A stretch of 32,000 bases of DNA. Source: Sulfolobus acidocaldarius DSM 639 (GTDB lineage Archaea > Thermoproteota > Thermoprotei_A > Sulfolobales > Sulfolobaceae). This document shows, piece after piece, positions 18,080 to 27,710 of this stretch (the stretch's first letter is position 1; each line of letters starts with the position of its first letter). The position numbers were made by a program, and so were the translations under genes. The notes under the pieces were generated by a model. The model searched no databases. It was not told where the DNA came from and saw only the letters and a program-made list of their open reading frames with translations. The stretch is from the NCBI RefSeq assembly GCF_000012285.1, contig NC_007181.1, positions 1,710,001 through 1,742,000 of the forward strand. Direction: 5' to 3'.

Positions 18080-18800
18080 CAGACTTACAGCCTTAACACT
18101 CGCAACAGCATCTATAATCAGCAAAATAGTCCGAGATAAAACCACTATATATCAAAGCTATTCATGGAAAAAGGATGTTGGTTGAGAAAAGTCATCTGAA
18201 GGTTATGAAAATAGCCATTCCAAAGTTACTTTCCGTGAACTTGCCTAGAACATTAAAGTATAAGATAATGGATGGCGACCAACAAATGGTTAGATAAAAT
18301 TAGAGGAACAAGAAGAAGAGGGGTATTATGAACAAGGGAAAAGTTAATTTAGTGTAAACCAGATTACTCATTTCGGCGTCCGTGGATAACTTTTAGACAA
18401 TCTCTCTTATAATCAAGTAATTATACATTATATATAATGTGTGAAAACTTCAGCTTAATTGAATTTACGCGATGATACTAAAAAATTCAGGCGTAATCAG
18501 GTTGACAAAGAACAAGAAGAATATAGGTTAAAAGTATATTCAAAACTAAGGTAGAGAGAAAATTCATTCCAGGACTTAATGGGTTCACAAGTTCGGTTAT
18601 TTGATATGGAGATAAATCTCTTTTAAAGAACTGTTAGTGTTTCATTGATTTTTGAGGAAATGGTTCATTTCCTATTTATGGGTACAGTGCAGTTATATGG
18701 GTAAAAATCGTAGCAAAACATTTCCTTGTAATTTAATTTATGTTATCATGAACGTGTTAATTGTCCAGCTAACATACTCTGTGTATCACCCTTCTGATGC
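18080..18800 (+). pseudogene. Decayed IS200/IS605-family tnpB (orfB)-like remnant
   Basis: Peptides in shifting frames appear in the order expected for TnpB. These are LTALTLATASIISKIVRDKTTIYQSY (N-terminal helix), MKIAIPKLLSVNLPRTLKYKI (the l.iPklg...l..pr. strand), CENFSLIEF (E-x-L RuvC-II-like), KTKVERKFIPGLNGFTSS (compare YKa..Gi.v..vNP.yTS) and C-SYMG-KNRSKTF-PC (degenerate Zn finger). Many stops and frameshifts interrupt them. No tnpA is visible. Confidence 0.35.
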
Positions 18801-19693
18801 AAAAAGGACCAACAAACTTTGCGTACATAATTACATGATGTGTATGGGCAATCATTTTGTTATTTTAATATAAAATTAATTTTTCTTCTGTTTATGATCT
18901 AAAATAGGTGTTTTCAGGGTGAGATTTAGAACTAGTTATGAGGTGAGGAAAGTAAACAGATTAGAACTGCTTTACCTCATTCAAATAATACCTATTCTTC
19001 TAATGTATATAGGTAAAAAGGTTTCAACGCTTTGGATTAAATCTCAGAGGCTTGCCTTTTACTTGATAGTCTAGTTGGGAGACTATATTGGCACACATAA
19101 CATTACTCTACTACCTCCATAAGTTTGCTAACTAATTATGGGCTTTATCTTGACATCAAGCGAGAGATTACTTACTTATTAACAAGATTAAGGTCTTGTT
19201 GGTGATTTAGGTATTATTATGTACGTGTTATTAGACACTGTGAGATTGGACTAATTACATTCTTTATGTCTAAGGAGTAGTTTTAATAGCTATGTAATGT
19301 TGAACGGTATTAAACTTATGGACTGGAGGAAGAAAAATGATCCCCGTATATGGCAAGGCACTAGCATACAACGCATTTAACTGGTTTGATACAAAACACT
19401 ATGTTAACATTTTTAATAAGAGGAGTTTACTGAGTTAGTGTTCAAGGAGTTTAATATATAGATTTCCAAATATTGATCATTGCTTTACATACAAGGAGGA
19501 TGATAGCTATACGACTAAAGGTATCTATCTCAGTGTATAACTCGATTTACTCAAGTGTTATTAGCATAACAAATATAAAATTGAATTTTATATATGTGAA
19601 TGAAATTTTTGTTCATACTATATAAATAATTAATGAGAATATATCAACGATTTTGTGAGTGGTGACTCCTGATCCCTATTTTATCAGCTTACT

Positions 19694-20845
19694 CTATATA
19701 TCAACTTCAATCTGTTTCAAGACATCAATCCAACGTTCTATCACGTTATCCCAATCATTTGCCTTAGCAGTCTTTATCCCATTCTCAACCAGTCTTAATG
19801 CTAAGCGAGGGTTACTTAACACTTCGAGAACTAGACTCAGTAACTCTTTTTCGTCATGATGTTTACTTACAAGCGCGTTTTCTCTATTTATTACATACGC
19901 CCTCATGCCTATGTTGTCTGTGGTTACAACAGGTGTACCGCACGACATTGCCTCAACAGTGGTTAACGAATAACTTTCTAGTCTAGAAGTTATTAAAAAC
20001 ACAGAAGCTTCATTATATAATTTGACCATCTCCTCATATGTTGGATGTGAATAGCTGATATATTTGAACTTGATTTTGTCTTTTAAAGTATTTAACACAC
20101 CGTGATCCACAATTATTGCAGAGAAGTTAATCTTTTCAGCCAAAGAGTTCAAAGTACGTATAGCTAACTCTGAGTTCTTGATTTTCTCGCTTCTGAGAAT
20201 AGTCATGATAACGTTTTTCTCGCGTTTATCGTAACTTTTTAGAACTCTAAATAACTTACTATCCACACCTACTCCAGTCACAAAGACTCTAGTACTACTT
20301 CTGAGCAAGGGTTTTGCTAACTTAGCATCTATGTTTGATAATGCAAAGTAGTAATCATGAGGTAGGAAATAAGAAAGATACCACCTAGGGTCACTTGAAT
20401 ACAGAACTGACATTGGCACTAATAGCTGAGGGAAAAAAGCTAAGCGTTTTACTTTTCCTTGCCATTTAGCTAAGAAACCCCATAAAGCTGTTTTAAACTC
20501 ATTTACTATTAGTAAGTCTGACTGAGGTATTATCTCCATAACCCTTTTAGCAAAGTCGAAATCAATCCCTAAAAGGTGAGATAGAGCATAGTAATAGTCA
20601 AATCCTGCAAATTCCTTAATCATTTTGTATTTAAAGCTGAGAGGTGAAAGTAAGTACTTTAACACCTTTGGCTCTTTAGGGTATATTATGGGGACTTTGT
20701 TGTGATCATAATACCACACCTTAGCTCCTGTAGTGACTATCTTTACGTCAAATCCTCTCCTTAAGAGTCTATTAGCTATTTCGAGTATGGAGTAGTTACC
20801 TCCAGTTAAAGGTAAGCGTCCAATAAGGAATGTTATACTAAGCAT
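19694..20845 (-). CDS. GT4-family (GT-B) glycosyltransferase
   Basis: 383-aa ORF. SRLESYSLTTVEAMSCGTPVVTTDNIGMRAYV is the E-x7-E motif. The N-terminus LSITFLIGRLPLTGGNYSILEIANRLLRRGFDVKIV is typical of GT-B N-domains. Confidence 0.8.
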   Translation of the reverse strand: MLSITFLIGRLPLTGGNYSILEIANRLLRRGFDVKIVTTGAKVWYYDHNKVPIIYPKEPKVLKYLLSPLSFKYKMIKEFAGFDYYYALSHLLGIDFDFAKRVMEIIPQSDLLIVNEFKTALWGFLAKWQGKVKRLAFFPQLLVPMSVLYSSDPRWYLSYFLPHDYYFALSNIDAKLAKPLLRSSTRVFVTGVGVDSKLFRVLKSYDKREKNVIMTILRSEKIKNSELAIRTLNSLAEKINFSAIIVDHGVLNTLKDKIKFKYISYSHPTYEEMVKLYNEASVFLITSRLESYSLTTVEAMSCGTPVVTTDNIGMRAYVINRENALVSKHHDEKELLSLVLEVLSNPRLALRLVENGIKTAKANDWDNVIERWIDVLKQIEVDI

Positions 20846-21074
20846 GGTTATACTTATAACTAATTTGTACTATATTAACATTTAAAATCTCTCGTCTTTA
20901 GGAAGCTAATGAACGTTAGGAGATCAATTATGGTTCATTTACGAATTAACCTGGTATTATTACTGAGGCACATAACTTAACCTGAGTTTACCACATCAAC
21001 TCCAGAGTAATCACGGATTTACTAAGTCTATATCTATATCGCAAGAGTTATCAAACATAGTAAGTAATGATCTT

Positions 21075-22388
21075 ATGAGTAGAAAAACTAATAAGAACAT
21101 AACAACCTACAGTCTTGTAAGAGATATGTTAAAGAAAGTACTTGTAGTGACAGATCCTCTTTCACCTGGAGGCGCATCAAAACATGCTAGAGAGGTTCTT
21201 AAAATATTACCGAAACTAGGTCTGGAAGTAAAACTATATATACCCTTTATTCACGCAATCCCACAATCTCCTGAAGAAAAAGAAAGGAAGTATTTAAACT
21301 TAAAAGAGCTAGAACGCAATGGAGTAGAGGTATTCCCAGAGGTTTGGAAATACTTGGAGATGGAAAAAGAAAAAGAAAATATATTCCCTTATCTGTTAAC
21401 GCTTACTTCTGGTTATATTCCAAAGAAAGATATGGAGTTTTCAAATGATTTACGTGAAAATTTTTCTTTAGTATATGATATGAGCGAAAATGAGTACCAC
21501 TTTAAGGTTTCACACATGATTGCAAAGAAACTTCATGTACCTTTAGTAATATTATTACAGAGTGAATCTTACGCGAATTCGTTCGGGAGAGGGTACCGTA
21601 AAGTATTAGGAATTAAAGGACTGTTTTATGATCTTGGGATTACGTATATATTCATGTTTAATAGAAGGAGGTTTGTAAATGCATTAAGAGAAGGTGTACT
21701 AAGAGGTATCCTTTCAGTATCTAGAGCAATCATTAAGCAATCTAAACTTGAAAGGCTAGCCCAAGATTATAAAGTATATACAAACGTATTAAAACCTGCT
21801 AATGCAATAGACGGAACTTCAATTAGTCACTTTAGAAGTAAAAAAGTAAAGGAAAACTTTGCTTTGTATGCAGGGAGAATAACATATCTTAAAGGTATTA
21901 TAGACTTAATTAAGATAGCAAAAGAGACAAACGTAAAAATCATGTTAGCAGGATCCTTTGATAATCATAAGGAAATGGAAAGACTTTTCAGTAAATTCCC
22001 GCCCAACTTAGTATATTTAGGCTCTTTCATGAACAATGAATTATACAAGATAATTTCCAATTCAAAAGTCACTTTATTACCTTCTTATAAGGAAAGTTTT
22101 TCACTGATAACCATGGAATCGTTAGCCTTAGACACACCTGTTATAGCTTATAATTTACCAGCTATCAACGAAATTTACGGTGATATTAAAGCAGTTATAA
22201 AAATCCCTGTAGGGAACTATAAGTTAATGGCTAAAACGCTAGAATCTTTAATGGAAAAGGACATTCGAGAGTTATTTGACCCTAAAGTAGAAGAACTCAT
22301 AAAATTTTATTCGTCATGGGAAAAGGTAGCTGAAGCTACATTACACGAACTGGAGAATGTAAAAAAACTGGCTTCAACTCCCTCTTAA
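21075..22388 (+). CDS. GT4-family (GT-B) glycosyltransferase
   Basis: 437-aa ORF. PSYKESFSLITMESLALDTPVIAYNLPAINEIY is the E-x7-E motif. The in-frame ATG at 21126 (MLKKVLVVTDPLSPGG) looks like a more typical GT4 N-terminus, so the true start may be there. Confidence 0.75.
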   Translation: MSRKTNKNITTYSLVRDMLKKVLVVTDPLSPGGASKHAREVLKILPKLGLEVKLYIPFIHAIPQSPEEKERKYLNLKELERNGVEVFPEVWKYLEMEKEKENIFPYLLTLTSGYIPKKDMEFSNDLRENFSLVYDMSENEYHFKVSHMIAKKLHVPLVILLQSESYANSFGRGYRKVLGIKGLFYDLGITYIFMFNRRRFVNALREGVLRGILSVSRAIIKQSKLERLAQDYKVYTNVLKPANAIDGTSISHFRSKKVKENFALYAGRITYLKGIIDLIKIAKETNVKIMLAGSFDNHKEMERLFSKFPPNLVYLGSFMNNELYKIISNSKVTLLPSYKESFSLITMESLALDTPVIAYNLPAINEIYGDIKAVIKIPVGNYKLMAKTLESLMEKDIRELFDPKVEELIKFYSSWEKVAEATLHELENVKKLASTPS

Positions 22389-22670
22389 AACATATATGTA
22401 ATGTTTTAAGGAGGACGTCCTTATCATATAGTCATAAAGTGTAATTATGTTAATGTAGTTAGTGCCTTTACAGGAGCAATTATCTGCAGTGAAAAATTAA
22501 TTCCACAATTGGAATAATATTCCTCAAGAGATAAGTATATGATTTATCAATTTTTAATGGTTTAGAAAGTTCCTTCCTGCTCTGAATTACTAATGAAAGG
22601 AAAATTATAAGTCATAATTCCCGCCTAATCTTAAATAATCTGTAAAGGATCTTCTTATAGGTATCCCCTT

Positions 22671-23780
22671 ATGAGTAAGAGAGGAATAATTTTTATAGAG
22701 GAGTTCACTAGGCTTGGTGGAGGACAAATTGCATTCATAAATATTTATAACGCTATTATGCAAAGGTTTGATTACCTCTTACTCTATACAGATAAGTTTC
22801 ACCCAAAACTGCCCAAACTACGGTTCGATAGAGTATTTGAAGGAAAATACACGTACTCTGAAAACGACCCTCTTATCGTTTTCCCTATAAGAATGTTCAG
22901 AGAAAGAAGGCTATTGAAGAAGTTCATAGAAAAAGAGAAGAGGAACGTTAATAATAGTAGAACATTATTCGTATTTAATAATCACCCTAATGTGTTTGTG
23001 TATAACGGCACCTTAAACCTCGTCCATGAGAACTTCTTAACTCCCTTCACTGATGAAAATGGCAATATAAGGAACTGGATAGGCGTCAAATTACTGAAGC
23101 TGTCAGGCATATACAAGGAATACGAGAAGGCGAATTTGATAGTGACAGGAAACTATGCAAGAAAAATGGTCTCACGTTCACTTGATATCTTAGGAGTAAC
23201 TCCAAACTCTATACATGTTATTAACTTACCGGTTAAGATGCCTGAGAACGTAGAGCTTGATAATAGGGAAGAATGTGTTTTAATTTTCGGTAGGATAAAT
23301 AGGGAGAAAAAACTAGATGTAGTGATAGAAATTGCTAAGAGAAGTAGATACAGATTCATTGTTGCAGGCGCAGTTAACAAAGGTGATGAGAGTTATTTCA
23401 ACTCCTTAAGGGCTAAATCACCTGATAACGTCAACATTATACCTAATCCTAATGAAGAAAATAAAGATATTCTCTTTAGAAAATGTAGCGTGTTCCTTCA
23501 AACAAAGAGGTATGAGCATTATGGACTTTCGGTAGCGGAGGCTATATCATATGGACTAATACCTGTTGTACCTAAGGTGGGTGGACCCTGGGAGGACATA
23601 ACAGAGTATGGTAAGTATGGCTTTGGCTATGAGGACATTGAAGAGGCTATTTCTGCTATCGGCCAAGTTATGAAAGTTAATCCAGTTTTTAGAAAAGAGG
23701 TCTTTGAATCAAGATACAGGTTCAGCTTTGATAGATTTCATGCTAAACTCAATGAGTTGTTAGATAAGTTTTTAATGTGA
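22671..23780 (+). CDS. GT4-family (GT-B) glycosyltransferase
   Basis: 369-aa ORF. TKRYEHYGLSVAEAISYGLIPVVPKVGGPWEDI is the E-x7-E motif. The N-terminus is IIFIEEFTRLGGGQIAFINIYNAI. Confidence 0.75.
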   Translation: MSKRGIIFIEEFTRLGGGQIAFINIYNAIMQRFDYLLLYTDKFHPKLPKLRFDRVFEGKYTYSENDPLIVFPIRMFRERRLLKKFIEKEKRNVNNSRTLFVFNNHPNVFVYNGTLNLVHENFLTPFTDENGNIRNWIGVKLLKLSGIYKEYEKANLIVTGNYARKMVSRSLDILGVTPNSIHVINLPVKMPENVELDNREECVLIFGRINREKKLDVVIEIAKRSRYRFIVAGAVNKGDESYFNSLRAKSPDNVNIIPNPNEENKDILFRKCSVFLQTKRYEHYGLSVAEAISYGLIPVVPKVGGPWEDITEYGKYGFGYEDIEEAISAIGQVMKVNPVFRKEVFESRYRFSFDRFHAKLNELLDKFLM

Positions 23781-23969
23781 CAAACCATTTCAATTCAGCC
23801 TGTTACACACCTCAACGAAAGAAACATTAAGGCTAGTAGTTAGCCACCCTAAACTAATAAATTACTTCTTCAAAGCGTTAGTGAAGTCCCGTTTTAGAGT
23901 ACTAAAGGACTTAACTTACTACGAGCCTCTTTGAAACAAGTTACTAACTGAGTTAATAGAAATTTGGGG

Positions 23970-24563
23970 ATGAATGTAGTTGAGGATTACTTGCTCTTAA
24001 AATATAAAGATAAGATATTCAAATTCTTTCAGGGAGGCGTTATTGTTAACATAGCAGGAAGACTTGTAGAGAATTTCATCCTTGAAGAATATAAGCCTTT
24101 AAACGTAGAGGATAGAGTCGTAGTCGATATATGAAGTTAAATCTATGGCTCCTCAATATACTTCGCCCTAAAAAACGTCAAAAATTGTCTATGAATTTGA
24201 ACTCTATCCCAAGTAATGTCAACTCTAAATAAAGAACATCCAAGTTAATGAGTTTAGCTCAAGGATAATTACTCATAAGTATGCCATATAGGAGAGGAAA
24301 GAGGTGATAAAAGTAGATCCTGGTGTCTTAAACCCTTATGCTGAATTGAAATTAATAGATGAGGGAGTGGAGATTGAGGCTAATTCTATTGAACATGTGG
24401 TAATAAGATTTTTGAGTAGTGAAGATGCAATACTGAAGATTGACTGTGAAGGGTGTGAAAGGTATATGACTTCTTTCCCTGAGTCCTTGAATAAGTTTAT
24501 GGGATATCCTGTTTCCTATTTTAACTTAATTAAACTCATTCTTTTCAAGAGTATCGGAAATAA
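23970..24563 (+). pseudogene. FkbM-family methyltransferase pseudogene (multiple stops and frameshifts)
   Basis: The fragment from ATG 23970 reads ...EDRVVVDI then TGA. It is followed out of frame by IYGSSIYFALK (motif I: vvDiGA.iG.ssiYFalk). Later comes AILKIDCEGCERY. The 24-nt string attgactgtgaagggtgtgaaagg is identical to that in the intact FkbM gene (11767-11790). Confidence 0.6.
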
Positions 24564-24880
24564 TCAATTTGTTTCGAACGGTTTCGGGTCAAATCCTCTC
24601 TCTTTTAACCAGTGGTGACATGCTAACAACTCCTAGTAAGATAAGATTCTTAATGGTTCTTTTCACTCCCATTAGTGCTCTGGCTTCATTTAAACTTGAC
24701 AATATTAATTTCAGCATATCATTATTTCACACTTCATACCTAATTCTACAATGAGTGGAATAATGATAGGTCATCCAAACTAAAATAGACAATGCTACTT
24801 ACTGACTTAACACTAATTTTTTAAGATAGGGTCAGTTTTTACGTATTCGTAGAATGTGGACAAATCTAGCGCATACATGC
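24395..24880. repeat. Segmental duplication copy 1: convergent junction of an FkbM 3' end and a GT2 3' end
   Basis: Collinear with 27711-28180, in direct orientation about 3.3 kb apart. Both the GT2 part and the inter-gene spacer align (tattttaacttaattaaactcattcttttcaagagtat versus tattttgactaaattaaactgatttcttcccaagggtat). Confidence 0.55.
24564..24880 (-). pseudogene. 3'-terminal remnant of a GT2 gene (degraded copy of 27837-28180)
   Basis: By eye it aligns at roughly 75-80% nucleotide identity with 27837-28180. Examples are tcaatttgtttcga..tttcgggtcaaatcctctc, ggtgacatgctaa, cctagtaagataag, cttaatggttctt, gctctggcttc, ctgacttaa.actaatt and tttacgtattcgta. There is one ~27-bp deletion and no long open frame. 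Confidence 0.55.
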
Positions 24881-24966
24881 TTCAGCGTGCTTGGTATATA
24901 AGGTCTTATAATAATCTACAACGTCTAAAGTAGTCTAACCTTTAACGTATTGGTTCAATAAATTTT

Positions 24967-25674
24967 TTAACTGTTATTTGATAGTTTACCTTCATAAACA
25001 TATTCCTTGGAATATGGTTCATGTGCATCCATCAAGTTTATGAAGAGAGAATAAGGTATGCTTAACTCTTTTATCTTTTTCCTTACCCAATTAGTTATCT
25101 GCTTACAACCCTTGTATACAACACTTCCCTTTCTCCTGAGCGATTTTCTTGATCGAAAACACAGGTCGTGAGCAACGTAATTAGTAGTGAGCTTCAAAAC
25201 TCTTTTGTTAAATCTCTACAAAAACCCACTTTTAGACTTCTTAAATAACTTCCTTTACTCAACAATAGTAAGCATATCATTTCTGTCTAATACAATCTCT
25301 GCTGGCGTGTAAACTGCTAAGCTCTTATCGAAGTTAAAGCCAAATCTATTCATTACAAAGAAGTTAGTACTTATCCCTATAGTCTGATAACTCTCCTCTC
25401 TTAAAACGGTATTTACATTATCATACTTTCTCAATGCTCTCCTTACTAGCTACATATAGTCAGTAACACTACGAATTTCATACCCCTCATAGACTCCGTG
25501 GAATGTAAGATAGAGACCAGTGAACATGCTTATGTGAGAGGGTAAAGTCCAGGGAGAGGTAGAGTACGCGTTCTCGTATTTTACAAACCCGTACTCCAAC
25601 AACTTGTCTAAACCATGAGAGTAATCATACCTGAGTGTGTAGAGGACTATTAAGATCATATTAGGTCTCTTCAA
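24967..25674 (-). pseudogene. Sulfatase-family (alkaline-phosphatase superfamily) gene, fragmented and truncated
   Basis: The N-terminal fragment PNMILIVLYTLRYDY...YSTSPWTLPSHISMFTGLY is a typical sulfatase-family N-terminus, but it stops at 25450. Homology resumes in other frames. The 24967-25197 fragment carries LFINLMDAHEPY. Total length is about half that of a normal family member. Confidence 0.6.
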
Positions 25675-25732
25675 TTAGATGCACCTTTACCAAGCAAGGT
25701 CTCTCCATAGCTAACTCTCTTTTCCTTCCTCA

Positions 25733-26638
25733 TTACATATACCCGTGTCTTCTAAGTATCTCCATTATATTCCCCTTGTCTTGAGCCCTACCTACCCTCT
25801 CAGGAGTGTTTTCTAAGTTCTGCTCCCACGCAGGTTTATCGCTCACCTTCTTAGTCTCATACTTGTCGTCTAAACTCCTATAGCCCTTATAATACAAGGG
25901 GTGAACAGGTAGTCTGTTCCCAAGTGTGAACTCCCATATGTCCCTCTCTGTGAAGAGGAGTATAGTGTGAACCCTAGTGTGTGGTGGGTCTTCCCTGGGC
26001 GAAAAGAAGGTCTCACTAGCCCTAGCCGGGTTCTCGTCCCACCTCACCCCGACAATGAGGGCATCAATCTTTAGATCTTTTACTGCCTCCTTAAGCGGTA
26101 CAGTTTTCAATAAGTGATTACCAGCTATGTTATTTAGGGCAAAGACAAACTCCTCCCTGTTATAACCTAGCCTCTGTAGCTCTTCCCTGTCTTCTCTTGA
26201 CAGTTCAGAGACCTTCACCACGTCACCGTACTTATGACCTTTAAGCCTCTCATTCCCCTTAACGACAACACTAACCCCCCACTCCTTCTTTACCCTTTCT
26301 ATGAACTCCCAGGTCTCGTCAAAGTGCATAAAGTGGTCTATCACAATCGCTTTAACTTCCTTGTTCAACTTTTTAGCTACTTCTTTAGCGAAGTAAAGTG
26401 TTAAAGTACTGTCCTTTCCACCACTCCAGACTACATAGACGTTTTTAAAAGTTGTATATGAGGCTTCTGTTATTATCTCTGCTATCCTTGCCTTAAATTG
26501 TAAGGGGAGGTGCTCTACCCTTTTGGTAGTCCTTGACTGTAAAACTGAAATTAGGTAGTTGTCTGGTGATACTCCAATAGTAGAGGATAGGTTATAAAGA
26601 AGTTCTGCTGCTTTACCTCTAAGCGTCAGCGATCACAT
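25733..26638 (-). pseudogene. CysD-like / PAPS-reductase-family PP-loop ATPase with TGA as codon 2
   Basis: One frame is open from 26632 down to 25733. It contains the PP-loop VVWSGGKDST (26408-26434), upstream of the first usable start (TTG 26368). Its C-terminus PERVGRAQDKGNIMEILRRHGYM resembles the E. coli CysD C-terminus (SERQGR..D....ME...R.GYF). The frame begins ATG(26638-26636) TGA(26635-26633) TCG CTG. No ATG, GTG or TTG lies between that point and 26368. Confidence 0.55.
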
Positions 26639-27710
26639 AAAAATACATACTTTATTGAGATAAAGACTAATATAAAATTTTTCATTTGTCAAAACATATT
26701 TAATGAATCCGAAGAGTTTTCCACGACCATGACTCTATTTATAGACTTTATCCTAGAGAGAATAAACATTTATTAAAACTTATAAGGGGTAAGAATGTTT
26801 TACTATCACTTTACTGTTTTCTTAATGTGATTTTGTCATTAAATTAAGTTGTGAAGTATGGATTAATTGGTTATATCTGACATAGTCTGAGACATTACAA
26901 TTAACTTCTACTCCTCAGAACATGTTTAATGGAATAATCAAATCAGTTGAAGGAAATTTGAGAGCTTTCTGACATTTCCAGTTGTTATGTGAGTATAGTA
27001 TCATTACAAATTGAGGAACTCTAAATTTATGGCAGGGATGATGAAATACATATACTGTTATCTCTCTTCCTATGTTGTGAGAAGGGGGAGTTAGCATGAA
27101 GAAGGATGGGTTAGGGATTAATTTTGTATTTAAAGATAAGATTCGCCAAAAGGGCTTCGTAAGTGAGTTGTTTATCTTGTTAAATTAATGGGTGTGTTAC
27201 TGCTATATTAAAGGGTTTGACTTCCTTCCTCCTTGCCATAAATGACGCTCCCCATTTTGTAAAAAATTAGGATAATAGCTTTAGTGTAGACACAACTGGT
27301 ATTTTAGCTGTTGGATTTACTACACTTAGGAGGGATTTTCATAAGGTGAATAATGAGGTGGTTGAAATCCATAATAATTCGATATAGGAGTGATCGATGA
27401 CGGCATAGTAGTAATACAGGCTGGGACACGGAAATAACATCGAGACTAAAAATAACTAATATTATAGTATGTCCTGAACTCAGAGTTGAGCTAAGAAAAC
27501 TCCTGTGTGAGGATCTCATGGATATACTGGGTGAATGTTAAACAAGTTGGAAATTTGTCAGTCCTTGAGACAGGAAAATTTTTAGAATTTAAAGAATTAA
27601 GAATCTAAGGAAATTACAAGAGAATAAAGGAATGAGAATAGAAATTGTCTGTTCTTTACTTTGCAGAGTTTTTATGGAGAAATTGGAAGTAATGCGAAAT
27701 TGGAAAGGTA

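Noticed and set aside
18652-18873. 73-aa ORF as a stand-alone gene
   Set aside because: It is better explained as the degenerate Zn-finger/C-terminal part of the tnpB-like relic. It is Cys/Met/Tyr-rich with no start context.
19066-19086. Perfect 7-bp hairpin atagtct-agttggg-agactat whose loop resembles a tRNA D-loop (AGTTGGG)
   Set aside because: The flanks cannot be folded into acceptor, anticodon or T arms. There is no GTTC(A/G)A T-loop motif within 100 nt, and only a 5-nt acceptor complement about 90 nt away. It is not a tRNA and is probably a chance hairpin.
19659-19986. Two small plus-strand ORFs (19659-19859 and 19798-19986) opposite the GT4 gene 19694-20845
   Set aside because: They are shadow ORFs opposite a gene with a clear E-x7-E motif.
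22412-22421. 10-bp perfect palindrome aggacgtcct about 25 nt after the stop of the GT4 gene 21075-22388
   Set aside because: It is too short to call a terminator or operator, and archaeal termination relies on T-tracts. It is probably coincidental.
23153-23380. 75-aa ORF antisense to the GT4 gene 22671-23780
   Set aside because: It is a shadow ORF with no motif.
24304-24754. ORFs 24304-24618 (104 aa) and 24569-24754 (61 aa) as real genes
   Set aside because: The first is the KIDCEGCE-containing piece of the FkbM pseudogene reading on into the antisense of the GT2 remnant. The second is antisense to that remnant. Both are by-products of decayed sequence.
27391-27478. Possible C/D-box pair (ucgaugac ... 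cugaac)
   Set aside because: The C box deviates from RUGAUGA, the boxes are about 77 nt apart (too long for archaeal sRNAs) and there are no C'/D' boxes.
26915-27519. ORFs 26915-27097 (60 aa) and 27304-27519 (71 aa) in the 1.2-kb gap
   Set aside because: They have no recognisable motif, odd composition (Ser/His/Leu-rich) and no TATA box at a suitable distance. I treat them as chance ORFs in decayed DNA.
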